Notes: generated from the letters alone by a model not told the origin. A DNA stretch of 64,000 bases from Anaeromyxobacteraceae bacterium (GCA_035543235.1 DATKJV010000047.1:14298-78297), one strand, 5' to 3'. Shown: positions 7,482 through 17,120, counted from the stretch's first letter. Made by a program: numbers and translations.

Positions 7482-9212
7482 ATGTCGTTCCTGGACGAGG
7501 CCGGAGACCTCTCGGTGACGCCGCTCGCGGCGATCCTCATCGAGGCCTGGAACCTGCGCCGGTCTGGGGCGCTGACGGTCGACCAGAAGGGCGGTGCGTC
7601 CAAGCTCTTCTTCCGCGACGGGGTGCCGGTCGGGGCCCAGGTCTTCACCGGCTTCCGTCCGCTCGGCCACTTCCTGCTCGCGAAGGGCCTCATCGACATC
7701 GAGGCCCTCGAGCGCTGCCTCGCCGAGATGGCGCGCGCGCAGCGCCCCCAGGGGGAGATCCTCCTCGAGATGGGCGCCATCGACCGGCCCACGCTCGACG
7801 CGGCGCTCTCCGAGCAGCAGGCGGGTTACGTCGCGCTCATCGCCGCCCTGCAGGAGGGGGCCTACCGCTTCGACGGGAGCGAGAAGGTCCCGGCCTGGAC
7901 CGGGCCCATCCGCATCCACCCCCTGCGTGCCATCCTCGACGCCCTCGCGACGCCGCCGGCCGAGGCGCTCGTGGAGTCGGCGCTCCGGCAGGGGGCGGGC
8001 GGCATCGCGCTCGCGCCGGGCTATGCCGACCAGGCCGAGTCCTTCGGGTGGACGCTCGCGGAGCAGGCGCTCGTGGCGGGCCTCCCGGGCCGGGCGGCGA
8101 CGCTCATCTCGGCGAGCGGGCTGCCGCCCGAGCGGGCGCGCGCCGCGCTGGCCGCGCTCCTCCTCCTGGGGCTCGCGGAACCGGACTCCGGGCTTCCACC
8201 GCCAGAAGACGAGGCGGATGGCGACGTCGTGGATCTCTCCGAGATCGCGGCGTCCGCGTCCCCGCGGACGGCGCCTTCTCCGCCGGCGTCGACTGCCGCG
8301 GCGCCGGCCGTCGTCCCCCCGCCGGCCCCGCCGCCGCCGTCGGCCCCGGTCGCCCCGACGGCCCCGGCCCGGCGCAGCGACCCCGAGGAGGCGCGCCAGC
8401 GTCGGCAGCGGCTGCTCTCGCGCGCCATGGGCAACATGGGGCTCAAGCCCATCGTCGCGCCCCGCCCGGAGGCGACGAAGGCGAAGGACGACGCCCCGGT
8501 CGCGCCGAGCGCCGCCGAGCAGACCATGCGGCGGGCGCTGCAGTTCGTGGTGCCGCGCACCCGGGAGAAGGACCTCTTCGCCCGGCTGGGGCTCGCGAAG
8601 ACCGCCGGCCCCGAGGACGTGAAGACCGCGTACCACCAGCTCGTCCGCCAGTTCCACCCGGACAAGTACGCGCTTCCCGGCCTCGCGGACCTGCAGCCGG
8701 CGCTCAAGGACCTGCTCGCGTCGTTCAACGAGGCCTACGCGGTCCTCTCCGACAAGAACAAGCGGGCCGAGTACCTCCGCCAGGTCGGGGCGGGGAGCGC
8801 GGCCGCCACCAAGGAGGCGGCGGCCGCGGCCCGCGTCGACTTCCAGAAGGGCGAGGCCTGCCACCGCACGCGGGACTACGGTCGCGCCCGACAGTTCTTC
8901 GAGGCCGCCATCCAGGGGGACCCGCGCGCCGAGTACCGGGCGGCGCTCGCGGCGACGATCCTCGCCGACCCGAAGGCCACGGACCGCGGCCGCCTGAGGG
9001 AGATCCTGGAGGAGGCGACGAAGGACCCGGCCTGCGACCGCGCCCAATACCTCGCCGGGGTCGTGGCGCGACAGGACGGGGACGACGCGAGGGCGGAGCG
9101 GGCCTTCCGGGCCGCGCTGAAGGCGAACCCCGGAAACGCCGACGCGGCACGCGAGCTCCGCCGCATCGAGGCCGCCCGGCAGGGCGGCGCCGACGGCCGC
9201 GCCCGCAAGTAG
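7482..9212 (+). CDS. PATAN/DUF4388 - MshEN-like - J-domain - TPR protein
   Basis: 576-aa ORF. N-terminus 'LSVTPLAAILIEAWNLRRSGALTV...KLFFRDGVPV' is DUF4388-like. J domain carries HPD (DLFARLGL...AYHQLVRQFHPDKY). A Pro/Ala-rich linker is followed by C-terminal TPR-like helices. Confidence 0.8.
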   Translation: MSFLDEAGDLSVTPLAAILIEAWNLRRSGALTVDQKGGASKLFFRDGVPVGAQVFTGFRPLGHFLLAKGLIDIEALERCLAEMARAQRPQGEILLEMGAIDRPTLDAALSEQQAGYVALIAALQEGAYRFDGSEKVPAWTGPIRIHPLRAILDALATPPAEALVESALRQGAGGIALAPGYADQAESFGWTLAEQALVAGLPGRAATLISASGLPPERARAALAALLLLGLAEPDSGLPPPEDEADGDVVDLSEIAASASPRTAPSPPASTAAAPAVVPPPAPPPPSAPVAPTAPARRSDPEEARQRRQRLLSRAMGNMGLKPIVAPRPEATKAKDDAPVAPSAAEQTMRRALQFVVPRTREKDLFARLGLAKTAGPEDVKTAYHQLVRQFHPDKYALPGLADLQPALKDLLASFNEAYAVLSDKNKRAEYLRQVGAGSAAATKEAAAAARVDFQKGEACHRTRDYGRARQFFEAAIQGDPRAEYRAALAATILADPKATDRGRLREILEEATKDPACDRAQYLAGVVARQDGDDARAERAFRAALKANPGNADAARELRRIEAARQGGADGRARK

Positions 9213-9260
9213 GGCGGTCCGCTCCTTGACGCGCCCGCGGGGGGCGGCGACGATCTTCTC

Positions 9261-11162
9261 GTGCCGCAGCGAACGGCACTCCCACACGGACCCACCTTGG
9301 CCCGCGAGCATCTGCTTCTCGTCGACGGAGACCCGGAGTCGCTCCGCCTGACGGAGGTCAGCCTGAAGAAAGCTGGGTTCGCCGTCACCGCGGCGGCGAA
9401 CGGCCGGGACGCGCTCGAAAAGTGCCAGATCTCGACGCCGGACCTCGTCATCTCCGAGACGAGGATGCCGGAGGTCGACGGCTTCGAGTTCTGCCGGCGG
9501 ATGCGCGAGGACGAGCGCTTTCGAGCCATCCCCTTCGTGTTTCTCACCGGCCAGAAATCGGTCGAGGACAAGGTCCGGGGGCTCGAGCTGGGCGTCGACG
9601 ACTACCTGACGAAGCCCATCTACATCAAGGAGATCGTGACCCGCGTGCGGATGCTCCTGCAGCGCCGCGACCGCGAGCGCCTCGAGCGCAAGGAGGGCAA
9701 GGCCGGGTTCTCGGGGAGCCTGGGCGAGATGGCGACGGTGGACCTCGTGCAGACGCTCGAGCTCGGACGCAAGACCGGGGTGCTGCGCGTCGAGGGACCC
9801 GAGCGGCGGCGCGCGACGGTCTGGTTCCGCGACGGGCAGATCCTCGACTGCGAGCTCGGCCGGCTGCGCGGGGAGCCCGCCTTCTACCGGCTCCTGCACT
9901 GGGGCGAGGGCGACTTCACGGTGGAGTTCGGCCCGGTGGAATGGGAGGCGAGGATCGCGGTCTCCACCCGATCCCTGCTCCTCGAGGGGATGCGCCAGCT
10001 CGACGAGTGGGGGCGCCTCGCCGAGCAGATGCCACCCCTCGATCACGTGCTCGAGGTCGACGCCGAGATGCTCGGGCGCCGCCTCGCCGAGATCCCCGAC
10101 GACGTGAACTCCACGCTCCGCCTCTTCGACGGCAAGCGCAGCCTGCAGGAGGTCGTCGAGGAGTCGGGGCGCGACGACCTCGGAGCGGCGGCCACCATCT
10201 CGCGCCTGTACTTCGAGGGCATCCTGCGCGAGGCGAGCGACGCGCCGCGCCCGGAGCGGCCGCCCGGCCCGACCCCGGAGCCGGCCGGCGTGGACTGGTT
10301 CGCGGGGCCCGTCGAGCCGCGGGAGCCTGCTCCCCCGGTCCTCGAGCGGGTGGAGGCACGCGCCGCGCCCGGGGCAGGCGACGCGGCGACGCCGGTGCCG
10401 GAGACGGCGGGCGAGGCCCCGACCGAGCGGCCGCCGGCCGCGCCCGAGGCGCCTCCGGAGCCGCCGGCCCGGAGGGCCGGTCCCCGGGTGCCAGGTCGCG
10501 AGCGCGAGCCGCGTTCGCCAGTGGCGACGGCCGCCGTCTGGATCCTCGTCCTCGCGATCGTCGCGGCGGCCGCGGCCGGCGCGCTCGCGAGGCGGCGCCG
10601 GCTGCAGGCGGACGCGGCCGAGCCTGCCGCGCCGCCGGCGCCAGAGGCGGTCGCGGCGGCGAGCCCGCCGGCCCCGCCCCCGCAGGCGGTCGCGGCCCCG
10701 GCGGCTCCGGAGCCTGCGCCGGCGCCCCCCGTCGAGGTCGCGGCGACCGCGCCGCCCCCGAAAGCCGCGCCGGAGCCTCTGCCCGCGGCGCCGGCGGGGG
10801 ACCGGATGTCGGAGTACCGCGTCGCGCTCGAGTCCGCGGAGGAGAAGTACCGGGCCGGGGCGTTCCTCGCCGCCGCGGCCGACTACCGGCGCGCGGTTTC
10901 GGCCCGCGAGACGAGCGAGGCCCTGGCCGGGCTCGGGCGCGCACTCTACGACGCCCGCCGGCCGAAAGAGGCGCTCGAGGTCCTCGACCGCGCCGTCTCG
11001 CTCGACGGGTCGAACGAGGGCGCCTGGCTGGCGCTCGGCGAGGTCCACCTCGCGCGAGGGGAGAAGGCGGAGGCGCGCGCGGCCTATCGGCACTACCTCA
11101 AGGTCGCGCCCGCCGGCGCCCACGCGGACGAGGTGCGCCAAGTCCTCCAGCGGATCCGCTAG
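9261..11162 (+). CDS. atypical receiver (REC) - PATAN/DUF4388 - TM - TPR protein
   Basis: 633-aa ORF. CheY-like domain (LLLVDGDPE...[14 protein letters not shown]...FLTGQ...YLTKP). DUF4388-like '[29 protein letters not shown]'. Hydrophobic helix '[22 protein letters not shown]'. C-terminal TPR repeats. The exact start (GTG at 9261) is uncertain. Confidence 0.8.
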   Translation: MPQRTALPHGPTLAREHLLLVDGDPESLRLTEVSLKKAGFAVTAAANGRDALEKCQISTPDLVISETRMPEVDGFEFCRRMREDERFRAIPFVFLTGQKSVEDKVRGLELGVDDYLTKPIYIKEIVTRVRMLLQRRDRERLERKEGKAGFSGSLGEMATVDLVQTLELGRKTGVLRVEGPERRRATVWFRDGQILDCELGRLRGEPAFYRLLHWGEGDFTVEFGPVEWEARIAVSTRSLLLEGMRQLDEWGRLAEQMPPLDHVLEVDAEMLGRRLAEIPDDVNSTLRLFDGKRSLQEVVEESGRDDLGAAATISRLYFEGILREASDAPRPERPPGPTPEPAGVDWFAGPVEPREPAPPVLERVEARAAPGAGDAATPVPETAGEAPTERPPAAPEAPPEPPARRAGPRVPGREREPRSPVATAAVWILVLAIVAAAAAGALARRRRLQADAAEPAAPPAPEAVAAASPPAPPPQAVAAPAAPEPAPAPPVEVAATAPPPKAAPEPLPAAPAGDRMSEYRVALESAEEKYRAGAFLAAAADYRRAVSARETSEALAGLGRALYDARRPKEALEVLDRAVSLDGSNEGAWLALGEVHLARGEKAEARAAYRHYLKVAPAGAHADEVRQVLQRIR

Positions 11163-11214
11163 GGCGGCTTCGCTCGCGCGGCGGCCGCCCCTCGGCTACA
11201 ACAGGGGTCCGCCC

Positions 11215-12240
11215 GTGGCTCGGGCGGCCGGCAACCCCGTGAAGGTCCTCGGAATCGAGACGAGCTGCGACGAGACCGCCGCCGCCGTGGTGGAGGACGG
11301 CCGTCGCGCCCTCTCGGACGTGGTGGCCACCCAGATCGACGTCCACCGGCGCTACGGCGGCGTCGTCCCGGAGCTCGCGAGCCGCAACCACGTGGTCCAC
11401 GTCATGCCGGTCGTCGACGAGGCGCTCCGCCGCGCGGAGGCCAGCGGGGACTCCCTCGACGCCATCGCGGTCACCGGGGGGCCCGGCCTCGTCGGAGCGC
11501 TCCTCGTCGGCGTCCAGGTCGCGAAGGCGCTCGCCCTCGCCTGGGGGAGGCCGCTCGTCCGCGTGAACCACCTCGAGGGGCACCTCCTCGCCGCCTTCCT
11601 CACGACCGACGCACCCGCGTTCCCCTACCTCGGGCTCGTCGTGTCGGGCGGCCACACGTCGCTCTACGCCTGCCGCGGCTTCGGCGACTACGCGCTCCTC
11701 GGGCAGACGCGCGACGACGCCGCCGGCGAGGCCTTCGACAAGGGCGCGAAGCTCCTCGGCCTCCCGTACCCTGGGGGCGTCGCCATCGACCGGCTCGCCA
11801 GGGGCGGGAACCGCGACGCGGTGCGCTTTCCGAAGGCCATCGTGAAGCGGGGCCCGCTCGAGTTCAGCTTCTCGGGGCTGAAGACGGCGCTCCTGCACCA
11901 CGTGCGGCGCCACGGCGTCCCGGAGGGACGCGAGCTGAACGACCTCTGCGCGAGCTACCAGGAGGCGATCGTCCGGGCGCTCGTCCAGAAGCTCTTCCGG
12001 GCAGCGCGCGAGCTCCAGCTCGAGCGGGTGGTGCTCTCGGGAGGGGTGGCCGCGAACAGCCGGTTGCGGGAGGCGGCGGCGGAGAAGGCGGCCGAGTACG
12101 AGGGGATGCGGCTCCACCTGCCCGAGCCCCGCCTCTGCACCGACAACGCGGCCATGATCGCCGTCGCGGGCACGCAGGCGTTCCTGCGCGGCGAGCGCGA
12201 GTCGCTCGACCTGAACGCCGACGCCGCCTGGCGACTGTGA
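11215..12240 (+). CDS. tsaD: tRNA N6-adenosine threonylcarbamoyltransferase TsaD
   Basis: 341-aa ORF with 'VLGIETSCDETAAAVV', 'HLEGHL', 'VSGGHT' and 'LSGGVAAN'. Confidence 0.95.
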   Translation: MARAAGNPVKVLGIETSCDETAAAVVEDGRRALSDVVATQIDVHRRYGGVVPELASRNHVVHVMPVVDEALRRAEASGDSLDAIAVTGGPGLVGALLVGVQVAKALALAWGRPLVRVNHLEGHLLAAFLTTDAPAFPYLGLVVSGGHTSLYACRGFGDYALLGQTRDDAAGEAFDKGAKLLGLPYPGGVAIDRLARGGNRDAVRFPKAIVKRGPLEFSFSGLKTALLHHVRRHGVPEGRELNDLCASYQEAIVRALVQKLFRAARELQLERVVLSGGVAANSRLREAAAEKAAEYEGMRLHLPEPRLCTDNAAMIAVAGTQAFLRGERESLDLNADAAWRL

Positions 12241-13073
12241 TGGGCCACCCGTCTCCCAGGGAGCTCCTCGCCCGCCACGGGCTCCGGCCGAAGAAGAGCT
12301 GGGGCCAGAACTTCCTCGCCGACGACGCCATCCTCGACTCGATCGCGCGGCTCGCGGTGGCTCAGCCGGGCGAGCGCGTGGTCGAGCTCGGGGCGGGTCT
12401 CGGGCATCTCACCGCGCACCTGCTCGCCCGGGGTGCGGAGGTGGTGGCCGTCGAGCGGGACCGCGACATGGCTCGCGTGCTGCGCGGCGAGTTCGGCGAC
12501 CGGATCCGGCTCGTGGAGGCGGACGCCGCCCGGCTCGAGGTCGCCGGGCTCGCCGCCCCCTCCGGCCAGGTGGCGATCGTGGGCAACATCCCGTACCACC
12601 TGACGAGCCCGATCCTGTTCTCGCTCCTCGACCAGGCAGAGGCGGTGTCCCGTGCCGTCCTCCTCGTCCAGCGCGAGGTGGCGGAGCGCCTCGCGGCGGG
12701 CCCGGGCACGAAGGAGTGGGGGCTCCTCTCCGTCCTCCTGCAGCAGAGGGCGAGGGTCCGGGTGGAGCGCATCGTCGGGCGCGGCTCCTTCCACCCGCCC
12801 CCGCGAGTCGACAGCGCCGTCGTCGTCGTGGAGTTCGGCGCCCGGGCGCCGAGGTGCGCCGACCCGGCGCGCTTCCGGCGGCTCGTGAAGGCCGGCTTCG
12901 GCCAGCGCCGGAAGACGCTCCGCAATGCCCTCGAGGCCGCGAGGATCGCGCCCCGCGCGGACCTCGCGCAGGCGCTCGCCGCCGCCTCGCTCGACCCCTC
13001 CCGGCGCGGCGAGACCCTCACCGTCGAGGAGTGGGAGGCCCTCGACCGCGCCCTCCCCGTCCCCGCGCCATGA
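12237..13073 (+). CDS. rsmA: 16S rRNA (adenine1518/1519-N6)-dimethyltransferase RsmA/KsgA
   Basis: 278-aa ORF with 'KSWGQNFL', SAM loop 'VELGAGLGHLT' and 'GNIPYHLTSPI'. The start overlaps the tsaD stop (GTG 12237 or ATG 12240). Confidence 0.95.
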   Translation: MMGHPSPRELLARHGLRPKKSWGQNFLADDAILDSIARLAVAQPGERVVELGAGLGHLTAHLLARGAEVVAVERDRDMARVLRGEFGDRIRLVEADAARLEVAGLAAPSGQVAIVGNIPYHLTSPILFSLLDQAEAVSRAVLLVQREVAERLAAGPGTKEWGLLSVLLQQRARVRVERIVGRGSFHPPPRVDSAVVVVEFGARAPRCADPARFRRLVKAGFGQRRKTLRNALEAARIAPRADLAQALAAASLDPSRRGETLTVEEWEALDRALPVPAP

Positions 13074-13159
13074 AGGGGGTGATGCCTTCCGCGCGGCCGG
13101 AAACGGGCCCAAGATGGATTCAGGAGGCGGCGGTGTCGGACACGAGGAGGGGCGGGCGG

Positions 13160-13414
13160 ATGGTCGAGGGGGCGCTCCACGGCGGAAGCGCGGCGCGGCG
13201 CGGCTACTACCTCGCGCGAGCGACCTGGGAGCTCGTACCCGTCGAGCGCGACGGCGACGTCCTGCCGGGCGGGGCCGCGGAGCCCTACGTCCGCGTCCCC
13301 CTCTTCGTGGTCTTCTTCCTCCTGCCGGTCCTGGTCCTCGCCGGTGGGCGGGTCGACAAGCGCCCCGCACCCCGCGGGGGCCGGGGAGGAGGGGAGGGGC
13401 CCCCGCCGCCGTAG
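13160..13414 (+). CDS. hypothetical small membrane protein
   Basis: ATG preceded by GAGGAGG about 10 nt upstream. G/C-ending codons dominate from this ATG onward. One hydrophobic helix (VPLFVVFFLLPVLVLAGG). No recognisable family. Confidence 0.35.
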   Translation: MVEGALHGGSAARRGYYLARATWELVPVERDGDVLPGGAAEPYVRVPLFVVFFLLPVLVLAGGRVDKRPAPRGGRGGGEGPPPP

Positions 13415-13420
13415 CACTCG

Positions 13421-13690
13421 CTACCCGTTAGAGGGCGGCGGCGGTGGCTCGACGAGGATCCTGGGAGGGCGCTCGACGCGGGCGGCCGCGAGGCGCCCGC
13501 CGGGCACGGCGACGGTCCGGTAGCGGCCACCGAGCGCGTGGAGCCCGCACAGCCCGCCGGCGAAGCGCGGGCGGCCGCAGCCCGGGCGCTCGCAGGGCGC
13601 CGGGCGCGTCCGCACCGCGCCGAACCACTGGGCGCCCTCCCGAAGTTCCCGCCCCGCCACCAACCCGCCCACCGCCGGAAGGGCGCCCAT
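13421..13690 (-). CDS. hypothetical protein with Cys/His motif C-x4-C-x9-C-x2-H
   Basis: 89-aa ORF. About 83 of 90 codons end in G/C by my reading, whereas the opposite-strand ORF is Arg-rich junk. Motif 'CERPGCGRPRFAGGLCGLH'. Confidence 0.5.
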   Translation of the reverse strand: MGALPAVGGLVAGRELREGAQWFGAVRTRPAPCERPGCGRPRFAGGLCGLHALGGRYRTVAVPGGRLAAARVERPPRILVEPPPPPSNG

Positions 13691-13707
13691 ACCCGCCGCC
13701 GCCCTTA

Positions 13708-13953
13708 CTACAACCCTCTGGCCCGCGCCGTCGCGATGAGGAGGCTCATGTTCCGGGCGCCGTTCTCGCCGAGGTAGCGGCGGAAGGCCTCGGGATCGAT
13801 GCGCAGGGCGCGGATGGTCTCGTCGACGACGGCGTCATAGCTCTTCGCCTTGGGCTTCCTGAGCTCGATGGCGATCTTGAGGATCGCCCTGTGAAACGCC
13901 GGGTCCACCCCTTCGCGGGCACCCTTGCCCGCCCGCCCTGCCCGCCCCGCCAT
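13708..13953 (-). CDS. hypothetical protein
   Basis: Inner ATG (MAGRAGRAGKGAREGVDPAFHRAILKIAIELRK...) of ORF 13708..14013. Balanced, helical-looking composition unlike the overlapping frames. No family recognised. Confidence 0.45.
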   Translation of the reverse strand: MAGRAGRAGKGAREGVDPAFHRAILKIAIELRKPKAKSYDAVVDETIRALRIDPEAFRRYLGENGARNMSLLIATARARGL

Positions 13954-14063
13954 CCCCGCCCTCCTCGCCGCGACCTCGCAGCGAAACCGAAATGACCATA
14001 CATGGCGCGTCATGCAGGGTCAAGAAAGGTCCGGAACCGCGCGTGGACACGTGAAGTCCCACT

Positions 14064-14729
14064 GTGGCAAGCTCGCGCGCCTCACCTTTGGACAAGCCCC
14101 GCTACATCGCCGTCGAGGGCCCCATAGGGGTCGGGAAGACGACGCTCGCGACCGCGCTCGCCGAGCGGCTCGGGGGCCGGCTGGTCCTCGAGGTCGTCGA
14201 GGAGAACCCGTTCCTGGCCGGCTTCTACGCCGACCGGGCGAAGCATGCCTTCCAGACGCAGCTCTTCTTCCTCCTCTCCCGCTTCCAGCAGCAGCAGGAG
14301 CTCTTCCAGCAGGACCTCTTCAGCCAGGTCACGGTCTCGGACTACCTCTTCGCGAAGGACCGCATCTTCGCGTCCCTGAACCTCGACCCGAACGAGCTCG
14401 CCCTCTACGAGCGCGTCTGGCAGGTGCTCGGTGCCCGCACCGTGAGGCCCGACCTCGTCGTCTATCTCCAGGCCCGCCAGGACGTGCTGCTCGCGCGCAT
14501 CCGAAAGCGCGCCCGCGACTTCGAGCGCCACCTGTCGCCGGACTACCTGGACGCGGTCTCGCGGGCCTACGGCGACTACTTCTTCCACTACGAGGACACC
14601 CCGCTCCTCGTCGTGAACACGACCGACCTCGACCTGTCCGACGAGGCAGACCTGGACGGGCTCGTCGCCCAGGTCCGCCGCCACCGCAGGGGTCGCCTGC
14701 ACTACAACCCGGAGGGGCATCGGGCCTGA
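14064..14729 (+). CDS. deoxynucleoside kinase (dNK family)
   Basis: 221-aa ORF. P-loop 'YIAVEGPIGVGKTTLATALAERL', 'ENPFL..FY', 'FQTQLFFLLSR', 'SDYLFAKDRIFA' and the 'RIRKRARDFE' LID region. Confidence 0.85.
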   Translation: MASSRASPLDKPRYIAVEGPIGVGKTTLATALAERLGGRLVLEVVEENPFLAGFYADRAKHAFQTQLFFLLSRFQQQQELFQQDLFSQVTVSDYLFAKDRIFASLNLDPNELALYERVWQVLGARTVRPDLVVYLQARQDVLLARIRKRARDFERHLSPDYLDAVSRAYGDYFFHYEDTPLLVVNTTDLDLSDEADLDGLVAQVRRHRRGRLHYNPEGHRA

Positions 14730-14837
14730 TCGGCGCGGGCGCGATCGAACCGTGGCGCACCCGGCCCCGGTCGGGGTACATTGAACGCTCGACCGATGGG
14801 CGGGACCCGAAACGGGCCCACACCGGAGGCGCAGAAC

Positions 14838-15758
14838 ATGTCCAGCCAGTCCGCTCCGCGGAAGCGGGTCACCACCCAAGAGCTCCGGCGCATGAAGGCG
14901 GGCGGCGAGAAGATCGCCGTCGTCACCGCCTACGACGCCACGAGCGCGCGCCTTGTCGCCCAGGGCGGCGTCGACGTGGTCCTCGTCGGGGACTCGCTCG
15001 GGATGGTCATGCAGGGACACGACTCCACCCTGCCCGTGACCCTCGAGCACATGATCTACCACTGCGCCTCGGTGCGCCGCGGGCTCGCCCGCAGCGCCGG
15101 CCGCGCGCACCTCGTCGGGGACATGCCGTTCGGCAGCTACCAGGCGAGCCCGGACGAGGCGGTGAAGCACGCCATGCGGCTCGTCGCCGAGGGCGGCGTG
15201 GAGTCGGTGAAGCTCGAGGGCGGCGCCGAGTTCACCGAGGTGATCGGCCGGATCGTGCGCGCCGGGGTGCCCGTCATGGGCCACATCGGCCTCACCCCCC
15301 AGTCGGTCCACAAGCTCGGCGGCTACGTCGTCCAGGGGAAGGAGACCGAGCGCGCCCAGCAGCTCCTCCGCGACGCCGAGGCGCTCGAGAGGGCCGGGTG
15401 CTACGCGATCGTCCTCGAGTGCATCCCGGCGGAGCTCGCCCGCCTCATCACCGGCCAGCTCCGAATCCCGACGATCGGCATCGGCGCCGGCGCCCACTGC
15501 GACGGGCAGGTGCTCGTGTTCCACGACCTCCTCGGCCTCGAGACCGAGTTCAAGCCCCGGTTCGTGAAGCGCTTCGCCGACCTCGGTCCGGTCGCGGCCG
15601 GCGCAGTCCGCGACTACGTCGCGGAGGTCAAGCAGGGCACCTTCCCGGCGGAGGAGCACAGCTTCCACGCCCCCGGGCTCAGGCTCCTGCAGGTCGTCAC
15701 CCCCCCGAAGCCCGACGCCGACGACGAGCACCCCGGCGTGGTGGGGGCACCGGTCTAG
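14838..15758 (+). CDS. panB: 3-methyl-2-oxobutanoate hydroxymethyltransferase PanB
   Basis: Inner ATG ([20 protein letters not shown]...) of ORF 14781..15758. 'IAVVTAYDA', '[22 protein letters not shown]', 'VKLEGG' and '[10 protein letters not shown]'. Confidence 0.95.
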   Translation: MSSQSAPRKRVTTQELRRMKAGGEKIAVVTAYDATSARLVAQGGVDVVLVGDSLGMVMQGHDSTLPVTLEHMIYHCASVRRGLARSAGRAHLVGDMPFGSYQASPDEAVKHAMRLVAEGGVESVKLEGGAEFTEVIGRIVRAGVPVMGHIGLTPQSVHKLGGYVVQGKETERAQQLLRDAEALERAGCYAIVLECIPAELARLITGQLRIPTIGIGAGAHCDGQVLVFHDLLGLETEFKPRFVKRFADLGPVAAGAVRDYVAEVKQGTFPAEEHSFHAPGLRLLQVVTPPKPDADDEHPGVVGAPV

Positions 15759-15774
15759 CTCCCGCCGCCTCCCG

Positions 15775-16644
15775 ATGCAGAGTCCCGAGCTCATCCGCGA
15801 CCCGGCCGAGTGGCAGCGGCGGTGTACGGCCGCGCGCGACGCCGGCCGGCGCATCGCGCTCGTGCCCACGATGGGATACCTCCACGAGGGGCACCTCTCG
15901 CTCCTGCGGGAGGCGCGCCGGCGCGCGGACGAGGGCGGCGCCCCGGGGCTCGCGCTCGCCACCGTCTTCGTGAACCCGGCCCAGTTCGGCCCGTCGGAGG
16001 ACCTGGCCCGCTACCCCCGGGACCTCGAGGGAGACCTCGCGAAGTGCGCGTCGGCCGGTGTCGACTGGGTGCTGGCGCCGGAGTCCCCGGACCGCATGTA
16101 CCCGGCCGGCTACCAGACCTGGGTCGAGGTGACCGAGGTCTCGAAGGGGCTCTGCGGCGAGCGCCGCCCCGGCCACTTCCGCGGCGTCGCGACCGTCGTC
16201 GCGAAGCTCTTCGGCCTCTCGCGGCCGCACGTGGCGCTGTTCGGCGAGAAGGACTACCAGCAGCTCCAGGTGATCCGCGCGATGGTGCGGGACCTCGGGA
16301 TGGGCGTCGAGGTCGCCGGGATGGCGATCGTCCGGGAGCCGGACGGCCTCGCCCTGTCCTCGCGCAACGCCTATCTCTCGCCCGAGGAGCGCAGGCGCGC
16401 GGTCGCCGTCTCGCGGTCGCTCGAGGAGGCGCGGCGTCGGGCCGCGACCGGCGAGCGCGACGCCCGGGCGCTCGCGTCGAAGGCGTCGCGGGAGATCGCG
16501 GCGGCGGGCCTGGTCCCCGACTACGTCGAGGTCGTCCACCCCGAGACGCTGCGGCTCGTCGAGCGGGCCGAGCACGGCTCGCGCATGCTCGCGGCCGCGT
16601 TCGCGGGCAAGACCCGGCTCATCGACAACGTGGCCCTGCCATGA
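15775..16644 (+). CDS. panC: pantoate--beta-alanine ligase PanC
   Basis: 289-aa ORF with 'VPTMGYLHEGHLSL', 'VFVNPAQFGPSEDL', 'FGEKDYQQ' and 'REPDGLALSSRN'. Confidence 0.95.
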   Translation: MQSPELIRDPAEWQRRCTAARDAGRRIALVPTMGYLHEGHLSLLREARRRADEGGAPGLALATVFVNPAQFGPSEDLARYPRDLEGDLAKCASAGVDWVLAPESPDRMYPAGYQTWVEVTEVSKGLCGERRPGHFRGVATVVAKLFGLSRPHVALFGEKDYQQLQVIRAMVRDLGMGVEVAGMAIVREPDGLALSSRNAYLSPEERRRAVAVSRSLEEARRRAATGERDARALASKASREIAAAGLVPDYVEVVHPETLRLVERAEHGSRMLAAAFAGKTRLIDNVALP

Positions 16645-17120
16645 GGAAGGGGGCCGGGGGCGCGGAGCGCGTGAGGCCGGTCGCGCAGAACAAGCGCGCG
16701 CGCTTCGACTACGAGATCGAGGAGCGGATCGAGGCGGGGCTCGTCCTGCAGGGGAGCGAGGTGAAGAGCCTGCGCGACGGCAACGTCGCGCTCTCGGACG
16801 CCTACGCCACCGTGCGGGGGGGCGAGCTCTGGCTCGTCAACTGCCGCATCGGGGAGTACAAGGCCGCCTCGTTCTTCGGCCACGCGCCGCTGCGCGACCG
16901 CAAGCTGCTCGTCTCCCGCGCGGAGCTCGGGCGTCTGCGCGGGAAGGTGGAGCAGCGCGGCTACTCGCTCGTGCCGCTCGCGATCTACTTCAAGGATGGC
17001 TGGGCGAAGGTCGAGCTCGCGCTCGCGCGCGGGAAGACCCATGAGGACCGGCGCCGGGACATCTCCGAGCGGGAGCAGAAGCGCGAGATCGAGCGCGCGC
17101 TCTCGCGCCGCCGCCGCTGA
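16641..17120 (+). CDS. smpB: SsrA-binding protein SmpB
   Basis: C-terminal 159 aa of ORF 15810..17120. 'NKRARFDYEIEERIEAGLVLQGSEVKSLR', 'LLVSRAELGRL' and 'GYSLVPLAIYFKDGWAKVELALARGK'. ATGA overlap with the panC stop. Confidence 0.95.
   Translation: MRKGAGGAERVRPVAQNKRARFDYEIEERIEAGLVLQGSEVKSLRDGNVALSDAYATVRGGELWLVNCRIGEYKAASFFGHAPLRDRKLLVSRAELGRLRGKVEQRGYSLVPLAIYFKDGWAKVELALARGKTHEDRRRDISEREQKREIERALSRRRR

Noticed and set aside
10250-10800. Pro/Ala-rich tracts treated as tandem DNA repeats. Similar tracts occur at about 8200-8400, 22350-22650, 52950-53200 and 56800-56990.
   Set aside because: They are low-complexity linker regions inside otherwise well-supported proteins. I could not find a fixed repeat unit at the DNA level.
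7254-11141. 1295-aa minus-strand ORF antisense to the PATAN-DnaJ and REC-PATAN genes
   Set aside because: It has Arg/Gly-rich junk composition. The plus-strand frames carry J-domain, receiver and TPR signatures and the expected G/C-ending codon bias.
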